Shown: positions 1-13,900 of the stretch, one piece after another
How the letters are laid out: every line of letters begins with the position of its first letter
Position numbering within the stretch: the stretch's first letter is position 1
Origin: Amoebophrya sp. A120
Taxonomy: Eukaryota > Protista > Dinoflagellata
Length of the DNA stretch: 64,000 bases
Reading direction: 5' to 3'
NCBI GenBank assembly: GCA_905178155.1
Contig: CAJINV010000007.1
Coordinates: 1,310,627-1,374,626 of the forward strand
The notes under the pieces: generated by a model
What the model saw: the letters and a program-made list of their open reading frames with translations, nothing else
Told to the model about the DNA's origin: nothing
Databases searched by the model: none
Made by a program: the position numbers and the translations under genes

Positions 1-120
1 TTTTTTTCCCCTGAAAAGTCGCAGACAACCTACGCTGCGAGGGGAGTAGACCACGTTGAGCATCGATCGGACCGGGGGGAACTGCAGGAAAGGCAAACAG
101 AGAAACAAGAAGCCGAAACG

Positions 121-3047
121 ATGGGACGTGATGAAAGTAGTAGCAAACGACCGGGTCGCTCCGTGATGTCCGGTCGCGGAGATGAAATTCATCAGCAGGA
201 AGAAGACCTCGCTGCCCCTTCTAGTAGCGCTACTTCCAGCACGAACCGGGGTGGCCAGGGGGAAGCACCAGCATGCAGCTGCACAGGAAGTAGCACGAGT
301 GCGACTAGTAATGCTCTTGGCGAAACAAGAACTCGTGGCATGGGCATCAACAAGCAGACGGAAGCGGTAGATGGTACTACCGAAAACAACCCCCTGGAGG
401 ACGAGATGATCCTGAACAATCATGAGAACAACATCAATAAAAGCCCGTCGACGACCAGCAGCCTCGCGACAACCGAGCACAGCAGCGCCCGGAACTTCGG
501 CAGTAGCAGTCAAAGCAACCTGATGCCAGGAGCCGGGTACAGCAACCGCTCGTCTCCAACCGGCTCCACCGCGCACGACTGCGTGAGCACGGCAGCACTG
601 CACCTCAGCAGCGGCTTGGAATCGTCGCCAACAGAATTGCTGATGTCTACTTCGACGCCTAGTTCATCTAGAGGAGGTACAGGGATCAACATTATGGGGG
701 CGTCGACCACAAGCAATGAGAATGAAGAGGAAAATGAAATAAAAACGGCGCTAGGAGAAACAAGAAATACCCGTCCTGATCCTGAAGATCATGCTTCTTG
801 TAATCAAGAAGAACAGCAACAGCAACAGAAGCAGAATCATCTTGTTCGCAACGGAACGAGTTCTCGTGGTAGTTTTCGTACAACAGAAGAAAAAGTCCTC
901 GAGCTGCCATCCAATGCAACATCACCACACGACGATGTCGACTCCCTGGTGGATCACGAGACCCGGCCGCTAAGCGGCGCACCTAGACGACGAGGAGGAC
1001 AAGCACAGCCGGAAACTGCCGCAGTTGATGCGGCATCTTCGGCCCCCGGGTCATCTTCGCACGACTTTTCGTCCGGGATGAAGCTGCGCGAGAAGGGAAC
1101 AGATGATGTTACGTCTGGAGCACTAGTACACGGCAAGGAGCTACTCGACCGTTACGACTCGGCTTTTGCCGGAGCTCCTGCGTCGACGTCCAGTTCCTCT
1201 TCCTCATCTGCTGTTCGCGACGAGGAGCAGCTTCATCCTGATTTGCCTTCTTCTAGCAGGACGAGCTCCTGTCTTCGAGAAGTAGAAGGTGAACCGTGTG
1301 GCTCAACATCCACTAGCGATATCAAGACACACTACACCGAGAAACTGCAGCTTCCGATAGGAAAAAACGCAACTACTACTTCCCGGCGAGGCAAAAGGGG
1401 TAGTGGTTCCCGCAAAATAATGGATCTGTCGCCCTCAACATGTCGTGGCTCTCTGCATCTTCAAGCACTGGCTGAAGCGGGTCAGAATCACCTCTCTCGA
1501 CGTCAAGGGTCCGTGCACCACGACGCTGTTGAGCACCAGGAACTGCAGGTTGCGCAGCGAATCAATATTGACCCTGCAGCTTCCCCCAGTCGTCCCCTCC
1601 TCGGCGGCGACGGCACCGGGCGGAGTAGCACAGGGTCTACCTGCGGAAACAGCTACTGCAACTCCTCCAACGGTTATCAAACAAAAAAAAGTTCGTCACG
1701 ATCACACATGTTCATTTTTGCATTTTTTTACAAAACTGCGTGTGAGCATCAACTACATGCGTAAAAGTTAAAGTAGTTAATGACAGTCAACCTTCATACA
1801 GGATCATTCCCCTCATGCAATTCTCTACTAAGATGCCGATGCCCGAAAAGTTCTTCATGCATCAAAACCTTGTGGAAAAGGAAAATCAAAATAGCGACTG
1901 GGACTGCAACGAACTTTTTTCTTTCCATCACGGCAGTTCTGGTGGCCAGAGAACCTCGAACCCGAATAATTCTGTGAAGGCCCTTCGGAAGAGGGAGCAA
2001 CTGCACAACGCGAAAAAGATGCGCAAGAAGGTGAAGATTCCGGTTGTTCCGGGCCTACTGTCGTCCTATGGTAGTGGTCACCATTCCTCCGGAACAACAA
2101 GAACCCATGTGGGAAATAGTAAAAACGGTGGAGGAGCTGGAGCTGGAGCTGTCCCTGTCCCGCATCATGCGTATTCCACTTTTCCGGGCAGGTCGTCTTC
2201 GTCTTCTTTCCAGAATAGCAGGAGGGCCGCTCCTGCAGTAGAGCTGCAAAATTCATCTTCCACGACACTGGCTCCTGTAGCTCCTTCTTGCAGCTTCTGG
2301 ACGACCTTGCTAACAATGTCCACATATCCTGTGTAAAAACGTCCCCACACCAGAGTCAACATGGGAAATCTGCTAAACAAATCCCACAGCTTTGGTTGTT
2401 TGGCATGACAAATTTGGACGCGTAGTGTAGTGCTGTTTGAGCTCGTTCAGCAGCATTACAGATCTAGTAGCTCATGCTGATTGGAGCATGACAAATTTCA
2501 AAGCTGCATCTGAAAATGCTTCTCATGGGGCTCCGCATGAGAAACATTTTAAGCATGCAGAGTTGCGTGACAACTATGGTGTGGGGACGTTTTTAAACAG
2601 GATACTACAAGAGCTGCTGCAGCACAAGCAGGGAACAAAGCACCCGGCGGAGGTGCGCCGAGTTGTGCTAGCGACGCTGGCGTTGCTTTGCCATCTGGTC
2701 ATGCGGATGCTGAGAGGCACACGAGCAGCAATACTACAAGAACCCTGTCGGTCAACAAAGAAGTGCCCGGGATGAAGATGAACAAGCATATCGTCATGTC
2801 TGCGAACAGTCTTCAACATGTTACTGATCATTATGACAATGTGAACAGCACCAGCGCTGCAGGTGGAGAGCAGGGGCAACCTCGACATGACTTTCCAAGC
2901 GCCCAGGACCGCAGCTGCTTTGGGACCGATTCTGGCTTCCAAAACTGTTTTTGGTCGCAGGACATGTCCTCCTGGGAGTGCTTGCTAAAGTCCGTCGTGC
3001 CTGCGACCGCAGGAGGTGGCAGCCAGCCGCGGGGAAATCGAAAATAG
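121..3047 (+). CDS. Hypothetical low-complexity (S/T/G/Q-rich) protein, multi-exon
   Basis: ORFs 121-1764, 1815-2336 and the frame ending at 3047. Removing 2325-2609 joins the last two in frame (MST|RAAAAQ). The junction near 1675-1803 is unresolved. Confidence 0.5.
2325..2604. mobile_element. Introner, family A
   Basis: TIR TATCCTGTGTAAAAACGTCCCCACACC...GGTGTGGGGACGTTTTTAAACAGGATA; TSD ccaca/ctaca. Confidence 0.9.
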
Positions 3048-3552
3048 TTGTGGAAATCTTCAAGAAAGAGGGGGGACTGAAGGAGTCGTTGGGATGTAAC
3101 GATAAAATCGAAGTAGAAATTAATGATACGCTGGCTGTACTCCTCGCTAGCGATACAAATACAAATTATAAAGAAGTTGTTTTTTATCTTCAATTTTCTC
3201 CAATGCAAATGCATTGATTTAGTTTAGAGGTAGGTTCGCTTTTTAACGATTACCCGCACTCTGAGAGGTTTGAAATGTACATTACGACTACAACTTCCGG
3301 CTGGTCACCGGGGCCGGATCTTTTATTATACCGTATGCTGAATACTTTGTTCTTGTGCGGACGATTCTATAATGGGGAACAAGTTTTATTAGCACGCATG
3401 CATGATGCATTCGCTCTGCCTCGTCGGACTACTTAGGCCGCTTAGCCCCCCGAATCGTTTGTATACTCATCTCGAGAAAATAGTTGTAGAGACTTTTTCG
3501 CCGTAGTTTGGAAATTTTAATTGTTATTTTGTTTCCACTGCTGTTGGTGAAC

Positions 3553-3679
3553 TGCCCAAGCAGAGGTGGCGCGACGGGTAATGCAAAAGTCATTATTTCG
3601 TAACCGTTGATGTTAAAGTCGAACTTTAGTGCCCAAGCAGAGGCGACGTGACGGGTAATGCAAAAGTCATTATTTCGTA
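3553..3679 (+). repeat. Intergenic ~50-bp direct repeat, 2 copies, 77-bp period
   Basis: tgcccaagcagagg...gacgggtaatgcaaaagtcattatttcgta at 3553-3602 and 3630-3679. Confidence 0.9.
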
Positions 3680-5143
3680 TTCGTACCCATTTGACGAGGG
3701 TAGTTACAATGCAATTTATCGCCTAATGCTCGGCTCGTATTGAGGCTAAATTGGTGAAAGCGTACGAGTTTGAATTTCAGCCGAGTTAATGATTATCATA
3801 TCCGGCGAGTAAGAAGAAAAAGAAAAACGTCTACTCGTCCTCTTTTCCAAATAGAATTCACTCGCATTTGTGAGGACATGGAAACCTTTCCATGAAAGAT
3901 GAGGAATATAGGAAACTACTCTTGCCTAGCCGGTTCTGCTTTTCAAAGACGACGTGAACTGTATTTGCAACGAATTAAGAAAAAGTTTGTCAGACACATT
4001 TAATCATTCTCAATTTCAAAAATAGTCTTCGCGAAAATGCAGCAGTGCAATCAGAAACAGATGTTGAGGTGGGTGCTACGCTGCAGTAGTTGTAGAGCTA
4101 CTTTTCATACTTACCCAAACAAAAGAACTGAAGAATTATTCTACTGAATACTTATGGTGCAACTGGATATCTTTACGCTGCATCATTGTGATTCATTGCG
4201 GTTCCAAGAAGTAGAAGCCTCGTGTTCGTTGTTGGGTATTGTTGTCTTTGTTCTTCGTTTTATGCTCCTTCCAGATCGTTGTATACTAATTATTGACAAC
4301 CAGGAATGTATGCTATGACCACGGTGAAGAAAGAAAGACTACGAGCAGACAGCAAATAGAAGTCGTTTTTCTATGATTTGTCCTTGCTTTTTTCTTCACG
4401 GAGGCGAAGCGGAACTGCAACGCGATGAAGGAGGTACATGTAGTAGTTCCTCGACTTCTTGTTCTGGGTGTTCAGGAGTTTTACAGCGGCCTGCGTAGCA
4501 GCTGCCTGGTGTACGAATGTACGCAAAGACAGAAATCGGTCCTGTAGATGAAATTCAAAAGCAAGCGCTTTTATCGCTTGTATCACACCACAGAAGGTGG
4601 CGACAAGAGTCAGAGCGCAGCGCGACAAGTGCAAAGAGAGGAAGAATAGCTGCAAAGAGATGAAAAGCTACAAAGAGATGAGGGTGCAGGAACTTGCCAT
4701 ACGAATGCGGAAATAAATTATCATCAAAAGTATGATTATTACTCTCGCCTGCGACGTGTGCAAAATAAAGGCGATGTCAATCTTTTTCAGGAAAAGCAGT
4801 GCTCTACTCCGAGTGGAAGGCGTTACGGATGCTGAACAGCAAAGAAATACTTACTTCTAGGAGTGACCTAAATTTATATAGGCCCCCAAACAAGTCGTGA
4901 CGGGTTGAGTGAAGGAGTCTCTTCTTGTTTTTGCGAACGGATATAGGGTTTTCTTTTTCATAAAGAAAGTTTTACTATCGCAAATATCGGCAAACATCAC
5001 CTGGTGAAAAATCTCGATAGCGGCACCAAAAACTGGCGATATTTCGAAAGAGCAGCTGTATACTAGTTTTTTCCCATCCCTATAGTGAAGATCGTGTAGC
5101 AAACCAAACCTGTACAGAACATTACGACGGACTCTCGTCAACC

Positions 5144-6207
5144 ATGGGGCTGCTAAACATCCTCAAGAAGCTGAAGAAAAACCAGAAGGAGGCGAGAATA
5201 CTGGTGCTGGGCCTGGATAATGCGTATGGAACTGGGCATGAAAAGTATCGCGTAGAAAGGCTGGCATTTTATTGCGTGGCTTGCCCAAAGTCTGTATTAA
5301 GAAAACACATTTTGCAGATGCAGGTGGACATACTTTTCTCTTTTGCATTCGATTTCCTCTGCCATGCGTTTTTGCCCAAGTCGCTACGCGATGCTTTTAC
5401 CAACCATAACCCAGGGAAGACAACAATTTTGAAAAAGCTCTCAGAAGAGGACATCTCTCACATCATGCCAACACAAGGTACAGAAAGATGTTTGAATCTT
5501 CGTGCAGTCGTTCTGCATAAAAAGCTTGACTAAGTAGTTACTGTTGATGTGGCAACAACAACTTTTTTGTGGCGTTTCATCTACTTGCTTTAAAGCATTC
5601 TGGTTAGAAAAATTGTGAATCACGCATATCCTTCACTTCCGCACAGGTTTCAATATCAAGTCCTTGGTGCACGATGGGTTTAAACTGAATGTGTGGGATA
5701 TCGGCGGGCAAAAGACCATCAGGCCATACTGGAGCAACTACTTCGAGTCATCCGACTGCTTGGTATCATGATAGGGCGTGAATTATTTAAGAATGTAGCT
5801 GCTGTCATCTTCTGCAAGTGAATAAACTACCGAGCGGCGTTATTGTCCTTTTGCATGCGGAGAAGGCATCATTTTTGTCTATGCAAAAACTACAACGCAA
5901 GAACGCCATTACAAATTTTTAGGTCTACGTTATTGACTCCTCGGATCGGCGAAGGCTCGAGGAGTCCGGGTCGGAGCTAAACGAGCTGCTCCAAGAGGAC
6001 AAGCTCTCGAACGTGCCGCTCCTGATTTTCGCCAACAAACAGGACCTGCTGCAGGCCCTGCCCGCAAACGAGATCGCCGAGGAGCTCTCGCTACACAACA
6101 TCCGCGACAGAACGTGGACGATTCAGGCGTGCTCCGCGAAGGCGGGGGAGGGGTTGCAGGAGGGCATGGAGTGGCTCGTCGGGCACATGAATTTGCAGAA
6201 CAATTAA
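5144..6207 (+). CDS. ARL3: ADP-ribosylation factor-like protein 3 (small GTPase), 4 exons, 181 aa
   Basis: Exons 5144-5224, 5414-5477, 5647-5762, 5923-6207 give [11 protein letters not shown]...GLDNAGKTT...PTQGFNIKS...WDIGGQ...FANKQD...QACSA. Confidence 0.95.
5225..5408. mobile_element. Aged introner forming ARL3 intron 1
   Basis: Ends TATGG...CCATA; removing the element plus 5 nt restores the P-loop GLDNAGKTT; no GT-AG solution keeps the Ala. Confidence 0.7.
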
Positions 6208-7922
6208 AAAGCGGGATCATCTAGTAGTGCGGGTAGAGAAGTACTTTATAAAGGCCCTGATATGATTTGGTTGAAAGCAGACGCCACTTCGGATTCGCTC
6301 GCTTTTGCAAGCACAAGAACCACCCATCAGCTAGTAGCTATAGTGAACGCATATTCCAGTAGCTTTCGCTAAACTGGAATTTCGACCGGATTATTATTTC
6401 ACCCATTTTTTACTTTTGTTTTGATCAACCTCGAAACTGTATTGTTTATCAAAAAGAAGAATCATCAATCTTCAGCACACCGTCAAAGATGTTGCAGCAA
6501 GGGCCGTTTGATCATCAGCGACCACCTAAATCCCATCTCATCATATAATAGCTTTGAAAAATCCTCGATTGTTCTCATATCGCTGAAGATCTTGAACAAG
6601 CGAGCCAGGATTAGTCTCCCGATTGCGATAGTATGCTTCTAAGGAAGATGATAAATTGAGGCTGAATAAACTCCTCGGCAGGATGATGAAGGCAGTACTT
6701 ACTCTACTTGTTCTGAGCAGACAGAAATAACTTCAAATGTGCTTCACAGTAAACGCGACCCCTTAATTTTTTTTCAGAGGTGCTGCTGTATCTGTACACT
6801 GTATTTAACAAAGTACTAACTATTCCAGTTGGACCACCCAAAGCTTCTACAGTACTATCGCCGGAGCTACTACAGCTTCGTCGAGTTGCGGCGCCGCTCG
6901 CAGTACCTAGCACAGAATCAATCTCTGGTGCGCTGCTCACGTAGTGCACCAGTTTCAATGTGAAAGTAGCTCGGTGCCACGTATTCGGACGGTCGGTTAA
7001 TGTTGTGATAGAAGCTAAAAAAAGAGGTCATCGGATCTAGAGATCATCTGTCCGTTGAAACGTGGGACGAAAACGATCCAAGGCCTGACTGCCTGGAAAA
7101 AATTTGTTAGTTAAGATACCAGGATAATTTGATTCTCCAAGAATGTCAGCCGTGATCCCCGGAAAAAAGAATGAAAACTAGACCTGATCATGCTGTGACG
7201 TGGAGATAAAAAGAAGATCGAGAAAATTCCCATAAATTGTTCGTGCCTGTGTTTGGAAAATAATGAGAACCTGGTCGGATTTTGTAGCAGAGAACAGACA
7301 GAGCTTTTAGGCTCCGACCCCGTTCAGAATAAGTTCTTATTCCACGGCGCCAAACTCTGAAGATCTCTCGATCTGTGTGTGTGAGGATGATTTTCCCGTC
7401 GGTGTAGCTAGAGATCCCTGCAAAAGCTCGGAAGATCACTCGTGATAGAGGGCACTACGAAATCAATGTAGAATGAACTGAAGATCGTCATTTCCATTTC
7501 TACTTCCGCCCCTAAAGTTGTCTCAGCCACAATGCTCTTCTGAATCTATGTGCCCGATCACAGGTCCAACACTTTCAAAAAAATCGAACTTAGAAATCGC
7601 ATTTTACTTCGTGAAATAGTCAAGTATTGCTTTATTGTTTTGTTTTTACGCTCCTAGATATCAATCATCTCCAAACCGCACTTGATTATATCCTCCTCCT
7701 AGTTAGAAGTGGAGGAAAACTTTTTTCGACGTATACGATGCCACGACATTGAGCTGTAGTCGCAAGGCCTGCGTTCTTGGCTGCGTGTGCTTGCCTGCTC
7801 AGATCGTATTCTCGAGACCTCCGCTTTTTGCATCAGCTGCTTGGTAATTCAAATTTCTTTCGACACGGATTCAAAAATTTATTATTCTCATCTGAAGCAC
7901 TAGCACGACATCGGAGGACTGG

Positions 7923-10900
7923 GTGAAAGGAAACGAAAAGCAAAGAGAACAACTGCAACAAGCCGCACGACTCAAAGACATCGTCCAAAAGATGGACGAG
8001 AGGCAGCAGAAGATGGAGGCGGCGCAGCGCGCCATGCAAGCTGTGGGCATGAACATGGATGACATGCTCGAGTACATGCTGCAGAAGAAAGTTAAGGAAC
8101 AGCAGAACCAGAACCAGAACAGCATGCAGATGAACAACAATGACCCGACCCAATACAGCCAGTACTGGCAACAGCAAGGGCAACAGTCTCATCCACAAAA
8201 CACGACGAACAACAACCTGGGTACTAACATGAACAACATGCAGCAGAATATGCAGCAGAATATGAATGTGAATACGCCGATGAACAACTATACAAATCTG
8301 CAGCAGGAGCAGTATCAACAGCAACAGAACTATGCGAACAGGAACCAGCTACAGCAGGACAACAGTATGCAGCAGCAAGCCCTTCAGGCTGCCGCGTTAC
8401 TGCTGAACGGGGGGAAAGGGAACAACAATGCAAACGCGTCGTCCTCCTCAAATTCGTCAAACTGGCAAAATATTAGCCACGTCAACTCTGGTAATTCCAA
8501 CATGCAAAATAACGCGGCCGCTGCGCTGGTAGGAAATAACGCGATGCAGCAACAAAACTACTCAAATGACCCAATAAACCAGACGACCAACCAGGGCAGT
8601 GGTAGTTCTTGGATGAGCGGAAGTGATCAGCAATGGGGCAACAAGAATGCCGGCGCCAACAGTACTGGATCGTGGGGCGGCATTAGCCAGAATCAGCATG
8701 ATCATCAGCACGGTGGAATAAACAACAAGGGCAATTGGTCCTCGTCGGGTAATGCGAAGGGAAATAAAAGTGGTGGCAAGGGAAATAATCATCTGCACCA
8801 AGGGAATAACAACAACTATACGAGCGGCGCGATGCAAAATTTCAATAAGGCTAATAACTCGTGGCAAGACCACCACCAGGGACACAGTAGTGGGATGAAC
8901 AACATGAATGTGGCCGCTTCAGATACAACGAATGACTGGTACCACGACGGGAGCACCAATTATAGTACGACCAACAACAAGACCACCCAACAACAGAACC
9001 AGCCCCACAACTCTTCCTGGATGAGCTCCATCGCAGCCAGAGTTGGAGCAGGTTCTTCGTCATCATCTGGAGGCAACAACAAAAACCAGTCGGCCGCGGA
9101 TTTCGTCAAGGGACTGCTCGGAACGTGGAACGACAACGGCAGTTCCGCTGATAGTAACATGGAACAACAAAGGAATCAGAATTTTTCGTCCACGACCCAA
9201 GCCTCCACCACTAACGACCGTTTTGCCGCGATCATGGCACTGGCGGAACAACAGCAGGATACTAGTAGAAATAGTAGTACATCGGTGGGCAACAACCACA
9301 ACAACTATGGCCACAGCAACCTCCAGAGTGGCGGCAAGTTCGGTAGTGCTGTCTCGGCCGCAAAGACGAAAGGCGGGGGTAAGCATTCGAAGTCGAATAG
9401 TGCTTCCACCTCCTGGAATAACGATTCTTGGTCTTCTGCGACGCTGAACAAGGGCAATAATAATTCTAGCGCCTCGTCTTCCTTCACAAATGATTACGCT
9501 TCTGCTCCTCACTACACAGCCGGCGGTAGTAAAGGAGCCAGCACGTCAGGCGGTGGAACTTCTGCAAAGAACACTCAGAAAGGAAAAGGGGGTGGCAAGA
9601 TGAATAAAGGCAATAAAGGGTTCAATAATTACAACGGGATGTCGAAGGCGTCGGGTCACCAAAACAACTGGAATGCAGAGCACCAGCTTCTATCTTCGGC
9701 GCAGGATCAACAACAACAGCAGGCGAAGGGTAAGGGGAAGAAAGGGAAAAAGAAGGGCTTCAAGTCTGCGGACCCGGCGGACAAGGGGGTGAACTGCAAT
9801 CTCCGCACCGCGAATAAGAATTTGATAAGCGAGAACATCCTCGTCACCGACGCAGAGCAGGCGTTGCGGAACCACAATTTGAAGGCCAACAAGCAGGACT
9901 ACGAGCGGCGCCAGCAGGAGCGCGTGGACCGGATGAATTCGGCCGCCGGGAAAGAACCGCAAAAGGACAGCAAGGCCGCGGCGCGGGGCGGGAATAAAGA
10001 CGCCGCGAAGGGAGACGCCGCCACGTCCTTCCTGCTGGACTTCACGAACAACATCGAAGACATTCTGTGTCGCGGACAGCTTCCCAGTACACTGGTCCCG
10101 CAGGGGGCAGCTGCTTCTGCGGGAGCAGGCGCCAACAAGCGAAAGCGGGGGGAGATGGAACAGCAGCAGCAACAGCAAACTGGCACGAATAAAACTAACG
10201 CTGGGGCGAGCACGAACGAAAGCGAAAACGCACAGCACACCCTGAAAAAACCCAAAAATGTGACTGATGAAAGCAAAGTGAACTGGATCAGCAAAACGAA
10301 AACAGCGGACGGTTCGGAGGGAGTGAATAGCGAGAATATTAAACCGAAAAGCAATCGGGAGGTCCTGGAAGCTGCGTTGCGGGACGGCGAAGATCCGGGG
10401 AGTGAGAGCAGCGACGAAGACATGTCAAGCCCCGGCCCCGGATCCGCAGAAGTGAAAGATGGCGCAGGTTTTGTTGGGAGCAGCGGTCAGCATTCTCTAG
10501 ACGACAAAAGCACGGTGCTAGCACCGACGCCAAAAACGCAAGGCATTCTTGATGCGGAGAGCAGCACCCCGTCAACCAGCACTTCTCTGAGAGATGAAGT
10601 CGGGGTGCAAAGCAAAAACAACCCGTTTCTGTTTTGCAGTGACGCGACTGCCACGGGTTTTATGGACAACCACTCAACTACAAGCGTCCAACATCTTCCG
10701 ACTGGAATTATAAACGATGGGATAATTCTTGTGCCAGCTCTTAGTCCCTCCTCGCCTGGTGCTGAAGCGGAGGTGGGGGAGGTGAACACAGCCATCGAGC
10801 CAGATGTTTCGAAAGCAGCACAGAACAACCATGGCGAGGAAGACCCGCAGCCGACACCTGATATAGTTAGCGTCGACGGAGAACAGCCGTGGACTCCGGG

Positions 10901-13900
10901 GAGCGAAATGAATGCGGGAAGTTTTGGGGGAGTCGGAGCAGCCATCGACGTCGCCTGCACCGGCGATAATCCCTTTTTGCGACCACCGACCAAAAACTCT
11001 GCGACAACGATTTCGTCGAGTGCGAAAGTGGGGATCAAAGTTGTCCCCGCAGTCGTGGTTCAAGAACCGGTTCTTGCGGTTCGTGCTCCGGAAGCGCTGC
11101 CAGGTCGTGTAGAGCCTGTATCCACGGAAGATAGTGCACCATCTTCAAAGTCGGTGGACCAGGAAACGAAGGCTGTAGCTGGAGGAGCGGAGGAGGACAA
11201 AAACAAAAACCTCCAAGGCGGAGGACTTCTTCTACGCGAGGAAGCACAGGGCGGTAGAGACGAGCAAGAGCAGAGCGTTCTTCATCTTCCGGAAGACAAA
11301 CCTACGGACGAAATAAATGTTGCTTTCCCAGAGCAGCTGCAGCAGCAACAGCAAGATCCTTGTGGTGTTGTTGGTATGGAAATTGTGGAAGAAACGATTA
11401 TTGAAGAAGAAATTTCGCCATCGGCGTCGTCGGGTGGAGCAGTTGCTAGTGCTGTGGCAGGAGAGGAACGACAGGATATTAGTTGTTCAGGATCTGCTTT
11501 GATGTTCCCAGCGGAGGAGCAGGTACCAGCATCTGTTGAGGTCCGGGGTGGACAAGCTGACACCGAGGACCCTGCTGCGCTTATTGAGGAAAACATCGTG
11601 GAGGAGGAGGTTCTTTCTCCGGTGGAAGCTGCCGCTCCTTTTGCCGCTCCTGTCTCGGTTTCCCCGGTCGTCGTGGAAGCTGCCGCTCCTGATTCCGCTC
11701 CTGTTCTCTCGGTTTTGGCGACTGTAGCGGAAAATGATGTCGAAAACAATACGTCAGCCGCGGTTCCCGCTGCAGCTTTCGTTCGCGTTGAGGCAGAAGA
11801 GGAAGTAGTAGGAGCGCAGTCCAATAATTCCAGTCCCTCAGCTTGTTCCAACGCCGGTGCGGTCGAGGAGATCAAGGGTGTCATCAAAGTCGGCGCTGCT
11901 ACGAACTTGAAGGCGAAGAACGTCACGGACGAACGCAATGAACTTGTTGTCGGCGGCACGGAAAGTAGTAGAACAAGTGGTCCATCTCCCATAGTACCAG
12001 AAGATCACCCGGAACAACGGGAAGCTTCTGCAGTAGACAAAGGAGAAGTTTTGGAACAAAACACAACTCGTCCCAGTATTTTCAATAACCCAGGGACTAC
12101 GACGGACGACAAAACAGCAACTACAAGCGAAATAAAAAATAGCGGCAAGTTCAAAATACCATCGGTTTGGCGTTTCCAGCCAGTGGTCAGCAGCACCGAG
12201 GATTCGTCCGATGCAGAGGAGAAGAAGAATAAATCCGACATAAAGCTGTTGCAGGACGAGGAAAAAAGCCATGCAGTCTCTCACGATCTTCCTCCAACAG
12301 AACAAGAAGAAGTACACGAAACAGTTGATATGGCTCTTCACGCCACGACCAGTGAAGATCCAATCCCTGAAATACAACACAGCCACGAGGACATAATTCC
12401 ACCCCCGAGAGAATCCGCGGCTCTGGCAGCCTGTTCTAGTACAAGTACTTGGTGTTATTTTGAAGAGGAGCAAGAAGAGGAACCAACGGCAACCATCCCC
12501 GAGCCCCGGGCATCGGCCGCTCTTGCAGAGGATCCCACGGCTGCACTCTTCGCTGCGATGGACTTCGCGGAAGACCGGGATGCGCGGAAAATGAGCGGGT
12601 TTGACTATTCGGAGGGGGTGCACGAAATGATGAACGGCGGCAGTTTGGGGGGCGGCGGACATGGAAATGGAAGTGGAACCACCAGCAGCCTGAATATCAT
12701 GAATCTGCTGGGCAGCTTGGGCACAACAACAGGAACGAACTCTATGACAACTTCAGGCGGCAATAACAGCTTTCAATCCAACTACAATTCCTCCACCTAC
12801 GGAGGCAAAAATCACCATTCTACTGCTGGTGCAACCGTCGCTGGAAAAAGCAACGCCGGGCCCTACGGAAAAGGCAACAAGAGCTGCAACAGCAGCTACA
12901 ATTCGTGGCAAAATCATGGCGGAGGTGGCGGTGGTAAAAATTCCGGGACATCTTCTACTTCGTGGTGGTGGAACAATCCTGACAACTCGACGTCAGAGCA
13001 ATATAATGCCGAAGGCTCTGTTGAAAACTATCCCCAGCCAGGAGGTAAGGGCGGGTACAACTACAACAAGGGGAACAAGAACGCTTATTCGCACATAAAC
13101 AACTTCGGCAAGAACTACGGGGAGAACAAAGGGAGTCAGAATTCTTACAGTGCATCCTGGCAGCACAGCAACGATAGCTACAAGGGTGGAAATGATTTCA
13201 ACAACAGTAAAATGTTCAATAACACCTCCAAGGGGGCGTCGATGTCGTCGACCAAGGGAAGCTATAATTTCCAGCAGAACAACAACAACTACAATTACAA
13301 AGGCGGCAGTTCTTTTTCCTCCGCCTTCGACAAAAACACTGCGCAGCAGGGAAAGAGCAATAATAAGTCCGGTAGTTTTATCAATGGCACCATGGGAAAG
13401 AACGCCAACAACTATCATTACGGGTTCTATCCCGGCGGCGGGGCAAAAGGTTCGGGGAAGCCAGCGGGCCAAATCGTCCGTGGAAAGTTCTACTGCCGGT
13501 ACTGCGACTACGACTGCGGGGACAATGAGTTCAAGTGGAAGCATATCCTGAGTAAAAACGTACCCACACCAGAGTCAGGATGGGGATTTTGCAACACAAA
13601 CCTAGGAGTTTTGTGAGTCACGCATGACAATTTGCGCTCTGCAGTGTAGTGCAGGTTAGCAAGTGCAGCCGCGTCACAGATTCATCTGCTCATCCTGTTC
13701 ACAGCATCATAAATTCCAAAACACGATCGGAAATGGCTCTCATGGGGATGCGCATTATAAGTCTTCCTGTCTTTGCAAATCTGCATTACAACTCTGGTGT
13801 GGGTACGTTTTTGCTCAGGATAAAGCAGCACTGCAAGGAGCGGCACATCCAGTGCATCGAGTGCGGGGAATCGCTGCCGGAGTTATCAAATGCAAAAATG

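Noticed and set aside
1673-1803. Exact first intron of the 121-3047 gene
   Set aside because: Both the GT-AG and the TAT..ATA+5 solutions (129 nt) lead into a frame that stops at 1977 rather than the more protein-like 1815 frame; left unresolved.
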